Positions 20,497 through 27,801 of a stretch of DNA of 32,000 bases are shown piece after piece (position 1 is the first letter of the stretch; each line of letters starts with the position of its first letter). The translations under genes and the position numbers were made by a program. The notes beneath the pieces are model-generated. The model had not been told where the DNA came from, made no database searches, and worked only from the letters and a program-made list of their open reading frames with translations. Source of the stretch: Halorhodospira halophila SL1 (GTDB lineage: Bacteria; Pseudomonadota; Gammaproteobacteria; Nitrococcales; Halorhodospiraceae); NCBI RefSeq assembly GCF_000015585.1, contig NC_008789.1, forward strand, positions 750,001-782,000. Direction: 5' to 3'.

Positions 20497-20802
20497 CTAC
20501 AGCCAGGCGACCGCAAAGAACGCGGCCAGGATCACGGCCGTCTGCCCGGCAAGCAGGCCCACCACCCAGCGCACGACGCCGGAGCGCAGCTGCTTGATCT
20601 CTCTCGTCAGATCCCCCCGTAGCTGCTCAATCTCCTTTTGCAGGCGCAGTTCCGTCTCGCGCAGGTGCGTCTGCGTCGCCAGGTCCTTGACCTCCGGGTA
20701 GCGCTCCTCCATGCGCTCGAACGCCTCCGCGATCAGACGCGCACGCGTCTTATCGTCGGGCGCAGAGGCCAGCTGCTCGTAGAGTTCGACAACGGAAGTC
20801 AT
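20497..20802 (-). CDS. Small coiled-coil protein with a C-terminal TM anchor (DUF1640-like)
   Basis: Translation from the ATG at 20802 reads MTSVVELYEQLASAPDDKTRARLIAEAFERMEERYPEVKDLATQTHLRETELRLQKEIEQLRGDLTREIKQLR, followed by the hydrophobic tail WVVGLLAGQTAVILAAFFAVAWL. The family assignment is by pattern only. Confidence 0.6.
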   Translation of the reverse strand: MTSVVELYEQLASAPDDKTRARLIAEAFERMEERYPEVKDLATQTHLRETELRLQKEIEQLRGDLTREIKQLRSGVVRWVVGLLAGQTAVILAAFFAVAWL

Positions 20803-20856
20803 GGGAACGACGCTAGCACCACCGAGGGAGCACGGCAACGCGGGGGCGCCGCGCTG

Positions 20857-21741
20857 TCATTCCTCGACCAGCCCGCGGATCCGCTTGAGATCCTGCCACA
20901 CCTTGGCCTTCTCGCCGGGCGAGCGCAAAAGGTAGGCCGGGTGGTAGGTCACCCAGACCGGGATCGACTGCGCCCCGTAGTGGTGGACGCGCCCGCGCAG
21001 CTTGGCCAGCGGCGACTTGGTCTCCAGCAGCTGCTGTGCCGCCACCCGCCCCAGGGCAACGATCGCCTTCGGCTCGAGGAGCTCGAGCTGCCGGCGCAGA
21101 TACGGTGTGCAGGCGGCGACCTCGTCGGGCCGCGGGTCCCGGTTGCCGGGGGGGCGGCACTTGACGATGTTGCCGATGTAGACCCCGCCGCGGTCGCGGC
21201 CACGATCGATGGCGGCGAGCATGGCGTCGAGCAGTTGCCCGGCCCGCCCGACGAAGGGTTCGCCCTGGCGGTCTTCCTCGGCCCCCGGGCCCTCGCCGAT
21301 GATCACCAGATCCGCCTGCCGGTCGCCGACGCCGAAGACCGTCTGGGTCCGCCCCTCGCAGAGCTTGCAGGCGTGACAGCCGGCCACCCGGGCCTCGAGG
21401 GCGTCCCAGTCCAGGTCCTCGCAGCCCGCCTCCGGGGCCGCCGCTTGCGGGGCCCCGCCCGGTTCCGGGGCCGTCGTCGGCGCCGACGCCGGCTCCGCAC
21501 CGCCCGCCGATCCGGCCTCCATCCCGGCGCGCCCCGACCCGGTCTGGGCCCCCGCCCCCGGGGCTACCGGCTCCTGCCGGGGACCGGCGGGCGCCGCAGG
21601 CCCAGGCGGCGTCGAGACGGCCCCGGCGGCATCGGCGGAGGGCGCCTGCCGGGGCGCCGCCGGCTCCAGCACGGCGGCGTCGCGGGGGATGTAGCAGTCC
21701 ACCCCCAGTTGGCGCAGGTAGCTGAGCCGCCGGGTATCCAC
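20857..21741 (-). CDS. Uracil-DNA glycosylase, family 4, with an N-terminal Ala/Pro/Gly-rich extension
   Basis: The C-terminal 180 aa carry the CxxCxLC cluster ([10 protein letters not shown]), [36 protein letters not shown] and HPAYLLR, which are family-4 UDG motifs. The GTG start at 21741 lies 3 nt after the leuA stop. Confidence 0.88.
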   Translation of the reverse strand: MDTRRLSYLRQLGVDCYIPRDAAVLEPAAPRQAPSADAAGAVSTPPGPAAPAGPRQEPVAPGAGAQTGSGRAGMEAGSAGGAEPASAPTTAPEPGGAPQAAAPEAGCEDLDWDALEARVAGCHACKLCEGRTQTVFGVGDRQADLVIIGEGPGAEEDRQGEPFVGRAGQLLDAMLAAIDRGRDRGGVYIGNIVKCRPPGNRDPRPDEVAACTPYLRRQLELLEPKAIVALGRVAAQQLLETKSPLAKLRGRVHHYGAQSIPVWVTYHPAYLLRSPGEKAKVWQDLKRIRGLVEE

Positions 21742-21744
21742 GCC

Positions 21745-23295
21745 TTAGACGTCTCCGGCCTGCGGGTGGCGCCGATCCGGCGAGGCGAGGATCTTGTTCA
21801 GGGCGTTGATATACGCCTTCGCCGAGGCGATGACGATGTCCACATCGGCGCCCTGCCCGTTGGCCACCCGGCCGCCGCGCTCCAGACGCACGGTGACCTC
21901 GCCCTGGGAGTCGGTCCCGGAGGTGATGTTGTTCACCGAGTAGAGCAACAGCTCGGTGCCCGACTGCACCAGCGAGTCCACCGCCATGAACGCCGCATCC
22001 ACCGCGCCGCTGCCCGGGGCCACCGCCTGACGTTCCTCGCCGTCGATCAGCAGCGACACGGTGGCCTCCGGCTGCTCCCCGGTCTCCGAGCAGACGTGCA
22101 GCGCGAGCAGCCGGATGCGCTCGTTCTCCAGCGCCGCACCGGCCTCGGTGACCAGCGCCTGCAGGTCCTCGTCGAAGATCTCGTGCTTCTTGTCGGCCAG
22201 GGTCTTGAAGCGGGCGAAGGCCTCGTTGAGCTGCTCCTCGGAGTCGAGGTGGATATCCAGCTCCTCGAGCCGCGAGCGGAAGGCGTTCCGCCCGGAGTGC
22301 TTGCCCAGGACCATGCGGTTGGTGTGCCAGCCGACGTCCTCGGCGCGCATGATCTCGTAGGTCTCGCGGTGCTTGAGCACCCCGTCCTGGTGGATGCCCG
22401 ACTCGTGGGCGAAGGCGTTGACGCCGACGATGGCCTTGTTCGGCTGGACGTGGAAGCCGGTGATGTTGGCCACCAGCTTGGAGGTGGGCACGATCTCGCG
22501 GGCGTTGATCCGCGTCGAGCAGGAGAAGACGTCCTGGCGGGTCTTCACCGCCATGACCACCTCCTCGAGGGCGGCGTTACCGGCCCGCTCGCCTAGGCCG
22601 TTGATGGTGCACTCCACCTGCCGCGCCCCGGCCTGGACCGCGGCCAGGGAGTTGGCCACCGCCACGCCCAGGTCGTTGTGGCAGTGCACCGAGAACACCG
22701 CCTTGTCCGAGTTGGGGATGCGCTCGCGCAGGGTGCGGATCAGCCCACCGAACTGCTCCGGCAGGTTGTAGCCCACCGTATCCGGGATGTTGATGGTCCG
22801 CGCCCCGGCGTCGATGGCCGCCTCGATGATCCGGCAGAGGAAGTCGTGCTCGGAGCGCCCGGCGTCCTCCGGCGAGAACTCCACGTCGTCGCAGAGCTGC
22901 CGCGCCAGACTCACCGCATGCACCGCCGCATCCACCACCTGATCCGGTGTCATGTGCAGCTTGTTCTGCATGTGGATCGGCGAGGTGGCGATGAAGGTGT
23001 GGATGCGCCCGGCCTCGGCCTGGGCCAGGGCCTCGCCGGCGGCGTGGATATCCGGATCCCGCGCCCGCGCCAGGGCGCAGACCCGGCTCTCCTTGATGGC
23101 CTCGGCGACGGCGCGGACGCTCTCGAAGTCGCCCGTGCTCGCCGCCGGGAAGCCGGCCTCGAGGACGTCGACGCGCATGCGCTCGAGCCCCTTGGCGATG
23201 CGCACCTTCTCCTCGCGGGTCATGGAGGCGCCGGGGCTCTGCTCCCCGTCGCGCAGCGTGGTATCGAAGATGTAGAGATGGTCGCTTGCACCCAT
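21745..23295 (-). CDS. leuA: 2-isopropylmalate synthase LeuA
   Basis: This 516-aa ORF has [31 protein letters not shown], the HESGIHQDG motif and a C-terminal LeuA dimerisation/regulatory domain. Confidence 0.98.
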   Translation of the reverse strand: MGASDHLYIFDTTLRDGEQSPGASMTREEKVRIAKGLERMRVDVLEAGFPAASTGDFESVRAVAEAIKESRVCALARARDPDIHAAGEALAQAEAGRIHTFIATSPIHMQNKLHMTPDQVVDAAVHAVSLARQLCDDVEFSPEDAGRSEHDFLCRIIEAAIDAGARTINIPDTVGYNLPEQFGGLIRTLRERIPNSDKAVFSVHCHNDLGVAVANSLAAVQAGARQVECTINGLGERAGNAALEEVVMAVKTRQDVFSCSTRINAREIVPTSKLVANITGFHVQPNKAIVGVNAFAHESGIHQDGVLKHRETYEIMRAEDVGWHTNRMVLGKHSGRNAFRSRLEELDIHLDSEEQLNEAFARFKTLADKKHEIFDEDLQALVTEAGAALENERIRLLALHVCSETGEQPEATVSLLIDGEERQAVAPGSGAVDAAFMAVDSLVQSGTELLLYSVNNITSGTDSQGEVTVRLERGGRVANGQGADVDIVIASAKAYINALNKILASPDRRHPQAGDV

Positions 23296-23534
23296 GGCTG
23301 CTCAGCCCTGTGTCGTGGCGGTCAGCACCGCCGAATGGAAGTCGTCCACGGCGCCGCCGGGGCGCCCGTGCAGAAGCGGTGGGGTGGGATGTTCGGCCGG
23401 CCGCTCAGGCCGGCAGTCGACCCCCGCCGCGCAGGCGGGCGTTGCTAAGCAGCCGCACGCCCCCGGCACCGCTGCAGCGAAGCCAGCGGGCGTGGGGCGC
23501 GGGGTTGGACGGGCAGGTCTTCATGATGCTTTCG

Positions 23535-23563
23535 AATATATCGCCGCAGCGCCGCCTCGGCAA
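23535..23563 (-). promoter_or_regulatory. Candidate sigma70 promoter (TTGCCG-N17-TATATT) upstream of leuA
   Basis: The minus strand reads TTGCCGAGGCGGCGCTGCGGCGATATATT, directly after the pssA stop. This would give a leuA leader of about 230 nt. The call is a motif match only. Confidence 0.3.
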
Positions 23564-23567
23564 GCGT

Positions 23568-24317
23568 TCAGGCGCGCCGATGCCGGCGCCGGTCGCGCAG
23601 CCGCAGCACCGTGAGCACCGGCCCCGAGAACATGTAGATCAGGAAGCCGAGGCAGATGGCCGTGGGCGGGTGCAGGGCCACCAGCGCCATGGCCAGCACC
23701 ACCCCCGCCACGGAGGTGAAGCGCACCCGGTAGCGGAAGTCGAGCTCCTTGAAGCTCTCGTAGCGGACGTTGCTGACCATCAGCACGGCACCGAGCACCA
23801 CCACCACCCCTACCGGGATGGCGGCCTCAAGCCCGGTCAGCCCCACCCGATCACCGAACCAGACCAGGCCGACCACCGCGCCAGCGGCCGCCGGACTGGG
23901 CAGCCCCTGGAAGTAGCGTTTGTCGTCCACGCCACTCTGGGTGTTGAACCGCGCCAGACGCAGCGCCGCCCCGGCGACGAAGAGGAAGGCCACCAGCCAG
24001 CCGACGTTGTCCCAGGGGGCACCGGCCCCGGTGTTGCCCAGCGCCCAGAGGAACGCCACCGCCGCCGGGGCGAGGCCGAAGCTGACCATGTCGGCCAGGG
24101 AGTCGTACTGCACCCCGAAGTCACTCTGGGTGCCGGTCAGCCGGGCCACCCGGCCGTCGAGGCCATCGAAGACCATGGCCACCAGGATGGCCACGGCGGC
24201 CCGCCCGAACTCGCCGTCGATGGCGGAGATCACCGCCAGGAAGCCGAAGAAGAGGCAGCCCGTGGTGAACAGGTTGGGGAGCAGGAAGATGCCGCGGCGA
24301 CGGACCTTCTTATTCAT
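23568..24317 (-). CDS. pssA: CDP-diacylglycerol--serine O-phosphatidyltransferase PssA (CDP-alcohol phosphatidyltransferase type)
   Basis: The translation from the ATG at 24317 reads MNKKVRRRGIFLLPNLFTTGCLFFGF. The motif DGLDGRVARLTGTQSDFGVQYDSLADMVSFG is the D-G-x2-A-R-x8-G-x3-D-x3-D signature. The protein has multiple TMs. The ilvC-pssA adjacency is also seen in Pseudomonas. Confidence 0.93.
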   Translation of the reverse strand: MNKKVRRRGIFLLPNLFTTGCLFFGFLAVISAIDGEFGRAAVAILVAMVFDGLDGRVARLTGTQSDFGVQYDSLADMVSFGLAPAAVAFLWALGNTGAGAPWDNVGWLVAFLFVAGAALRLARFNTQSGVDDKRYFQGLPSPAAAGAVVGLVWFGDRVGLTGLEAAIPVGVVVVLGAVLMVSNVRYESFKELDFRYRVRFTSVAGVVLAMALVALHPPTAICLGFLIYMFSGPVLTVLRLRDRRRHRRA

Positions 24318-24759
24318 CACGCGCTCCCGGCCCCGACTCGAACGGAAGCCCCTGGGCGTGCCAGGCCATGACCCCACCCTGGAGGTTGTAGACCGGCTCG
24401 AAGCCGTGGCGGGTCAGCAGGTGGGCAGCGCCGGCCGAGCGCATGCCGCTGTGGCAGTAGACGACCACCGGGCCGCCCGCCGCGGAGTGGCTGCGCAGCT
24501 CCTGCAGGCGCCGGCGCAGCTGGTGCTTGGGGATATGCACGGCACCAGGGAGGACACCGCCGCGGGTCTCGGGCGTGGTCCGCACATCGAGGAACAGCGT
24601 CTCGCCGTCGTTGACCCAGCACACCGCCTCGGTCACGGGGATCGGTCGATAACGCCGGGTCAGCCGGCGCCAGAGCAAACGCCCGCCGAGAATCGCCACG
24701 GCGGCCAGCGCCACGAAGCGGACGGGGTCTTCCTCGATCCAGTGCAGCAGCTCGGTCAT
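24310..24759 (-). CDS. Membrane-anchored single-domain rhodanese (sulfurtransferase-like) protein
   Basis: This 149-aa ORF has an N-terminal TM (FVALAAVAILGGRLLW) and a rhodanese fold pattern LFLDVRT...VVVYCHSGMRSAGAAHLL...NLQGGVMAW with an active-site Cys loop CHSGMRS. It overlaps the pssA start by 8 nt. Confidence 0.85.
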   Translation of the reverse strand: MTELLHWIEEDPVRFVALAAVAILGGRLLWRRLTRRYRPIPVTEAVCWVNDGETLFLDVRTTPETRGGVLPGAVHIPKHQLRRRLQELRSHSAAGGPVVVYCHSGMRSAGAAHLLTRHGFEPVYNLQGGVMAWHAQGLPFESGPGARDE

Positions 24760-24820
24760 GGGGCTCCCGGCGCCGCCGGCGGGCGAACCCCGGGGGGCCG
24801 CACCGCCGGCGCACGCTGGT

Positions 24821-25897
<1,077 letters not shown>

Positions 25898-26392
25898 CTA
25901 GACGCGCAGATGGCGCTCGCCGCGGCTGATGCCGATGACACCGGAGCGGACCACCTCCAGGATGTTGCTCGGGCCGATGGCCTCGATGAAGGCGTCGAGC
26001 TTGTCACTCGTGCCGGTCATCTCGATGGTATAGATCTTCTCGGTGACGTCGAGGATGCGGCCACGGAAGATGTCCGTCAGGCGCTTGAACTCCTCGCGCT
26101 GCTCGGCAACGCCGGCGGTGACCTTGATCAGCATCATCTCGCGCTCGATGTGCTTGCCCTCGGTCATGTCGACGACCTTGATCACATCGAGCAGCTTGTT
26201 CAGCTGCTTGATGATCTGCTCGATGATCTGATCGTCGCCGATGGTGACCAGGGTCAGCCGCGAGATGCTCGGGTCGTCGGTGGGAGCCACCGTCAGGCAC
26301 TCGATGTTGTAGCCACGGGCCGTGAACATCCCGGAGATGCGCGACAGCGCTCCGGATTCGTTCTCCACCAGCATCGAGATGATGTGCCGCAT
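25898..26392 (-). CDS. ilvH: Acetolactate synthase small (regulatory) subunit
   Basis: Translation from the ATG at 26392 gives 164 aa, reading MRHIISMLVENESGALSRISGMFTARGYNIECLTVAPTDDPSISRLTLV (an ACT domain), followed by an ALS_ss_C-like end. A GGGGGAGAG SD lies upstream. The remainder of the listed 206-aa ORF is not supported. Confidence 0.95.
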   Translation of the reverse strand: MRHIISMLVENESGALSRISGMFTARGYNIECLTVAPTDDPSISRLTLVTIGDDQIIEQIIKQLNKLLDVIKVVDMTEGKHIEREMMLIKVTAGVAEQREEFKRLTDIFRGRILDVTEKIYTIEMTGTSDKLDAFIEAIGPSNILEVVRSGVIGISRGERHLRV

Positions 26393-26484
26393 GTAGCTCT
26401 CCCCCGGGACCGCAGCGTGCGGAGTAAATGCGGGAAAATACTGGCAGGTGGGCTGGAGGTCAAGCAAGGCGAGCCCGCAACCGA

Positions 26485-26514
26485 TTGACCCTCGACACAC
26501 GCGCGAGCTATCTT
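26485..26514 (+). promoter_or_regulatory. Candidate sigma70 promoter (TTGACC-N18-TATCTT) for the plus-strand small secreted protein gene
   Basis: TTGACC lies at 26485-26490 and TATCTT at 26509-26514, about 28 nt upstream of the GGGAGG SD and ATG of the 26542 gene. The call is a motif match only. Confidence 0.3.
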
Positions 26515-26541
26515 CCATTTAAACCCTGCGCTTCGGGAGGA

Positions 26542-27009
26542 ATGATGAGGCGCGCGAACAGGCACTGGACGCTAGCCTTCGCCGGTTCAACGCTCGGCGT
26601 ATCGCTCCTTACCGCCGGCTCGGCGGGCGCCGAAACCCCTGGGTCAGACCAGGCCGACTTCACCCAAGAAGTGGAGGTAGTGGAGGCCGCCAGCGCCGAG
26701 ATCAAGGAACCGAACCCCCACCTCGAGCTGAACGGTGGCGCGCCCGTCACCGCAGGCGAGAGTGCTTCCGGGGCGTTCAAGTACCTCGTTGTGGGGCTCG
26801 GCACCATGGAGATCTCGTTCGATGGAACGCTGCAGGAGGCCCCCGACGGCGGCAGCGAGCATGCGAATCTAGAGGTCCCGGACGATCGGCACGAGTTCGT
26901 CAAACTGCTCCACAAAGACACGGGCGAGGTCACCGCCGAGACCGAGGAAGAGGCACCGTCCGGCGGCTACCAGTGGGAAGTGACGATCACGGCAGCCTAC
27001 GACTGGTGA
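26542..27009 (+). CDS. Small, very acidic secreted protein; paralogue 1 of the putative pilin-like subunit family
   Basis: The start is the tandem ATG ATG at 26542/26545, after GGGAGG. The signal peptide is MMRRANRHWTLAFAGSTLGVSLLTAGSAGA/ETP. The mature N-terminus has an alternating hydrophobic strand (DFTQEVEVVEA). An ISFDG motif is shared with paralogue 2. The C-terminus is GGYQWEVTITAAYDW-stop. Confidence 0.7.
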   Translation: MMRRANRHWTLAFAGSTLGVSLLTAGSAGAETPGSDQADFTQEVEVVEAASAEIKEPNPHLELNGGAPVTAGESASGAFKYLVVGLGTMEISFDGTLQEAPDGGSEHANLEVPDDRHEFVKLLHKDTGEVTAETEEEAPSGGYQWEVTITAAYDW

Positions 27010-27165
27010 TCCCCACGTCGGTGGACTGCCCCCGACCTCGCCCTTCCCCTGGACTGCTGACTGCGGAGTCGATGCGGACAGAGACCGGCGAGGCGGCCTA
27101 GAAACCAAGCCGCGGGAAGCGGCTCCCCCGATTACTGAGGCCTAGCGCATAGACGCCCGCCCCAT

Positions 27166-27756
27166 TCAGAGGTCGTACTCCGCGGTCGCCGTGATGGTTG
27201 TAGAGTAGTCTCCGGAAGCTCCTTCGGGGATATGGTCCTTCTTGAGGAAGGCCTCAACCGGCACCCGCTTTTCCCCATCATTCATGTTGAACCGGTGAGA
27301 GTTCGAGTTGGACTCCGGCGCCACGCAGAGGTCGATCGAATCGACACCATGCTGATCGGAGGTCAACGGGTAGACTTCATATTGACCATCATCCTGTCCT
27401 CGGTCGTTGCACGCACCCTCAGCGTCATGGGCACCGTCAAAGCTCACCTTGAAGTCTGCCCCTGGCTCACCGGTGAAATCCAGGCAGATGGGCGGATCCT
27501 GCCTCTCCCCCATAGACAGATCCTGCTGCCCAGCCACGAAGGGGCCCAGATGGACGACCCTGTTGGCGCAGCTCTCCTGCATATCAATAGGTTGGGCCAC
27601 GGTGAGCTCCGTCGTAAATGTATCCCGAGCCGATTCGGGCTCCGCGAAGGCCATCACCGAGACGCCCAGAAGCGCAGCGCCCAAGGCCACTGCCTTGCGC
27701 CGCACGCCTGTCGCGCGATCCGTGCCCCACTCCCTGGCTGAACTGACCGCCCCCAT
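27166..27756 (-). CDS. Small acidic secreted protein; paralogue 2 (post-usher position, tip-subunit/adhesin-like)
   Basis: The ATG at 27756 has a GGAGG 5 nt upstream. The signal peptide is RRKAVALGAALLGVSVMAFA/EPE. The mature N-terminus is DTFTTELTVAQPI. The protein has four Cys, a VSFDG motif and the C-terminus SGDYSTTITATAEYDL-stop. It lies 45 nt downstream of the usher-like gene on the same strand. Confidence 0.7.
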   Translation of the reverse strand: MGAVSSAREWGTDRATGVRRKAVALGAALLGVSVMAFAEPESARDTFTTELTVAQPIDMQESCANRVVHLGPFVAGQQDLSMGERQDPPICLDFTGEPGADFKVSFDGAHDAEGACNDRGQDDGQYEVYPLTSDQHGVDSIDLCVAPESNSNSHRFNMNDGEKRVPVEAFLKKDHIPEGASGDYSTTITATAEYDL

Positions 27757-27801
27757 AAGGCCCTCCTCAAAACACGCTGCAAGAGCAGCCTGCAACCGAC
27801 A

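Noticed and set aside
23405-23524. A 39-codon upstream ORF (MKTCPSNPAPHARWLRCSGAGGVRLLSNARLRGGGRLPA) in the leuA leader, considered as a possible leucine attenuation leader peptide.
   Set aside because: Leu residues make up only 5 of 39 positions (one adjacent pair, no longer run). There is no SD. The ATG lies almost at the transcription start predicted from the candidate promoter. No downstream hairpin with a U-tract terminator is present.
27010-27165. A possible terminator in the convergent spacer between the two small secreted-protein genes (AGCCGC-GGGAA-GCGGCT) and a duplicated GGACTGC word.
   Set aside because: The stem has only 6 bp and there is no U-tract on either strand. The 7-nt duplication is too short to be meaningful.
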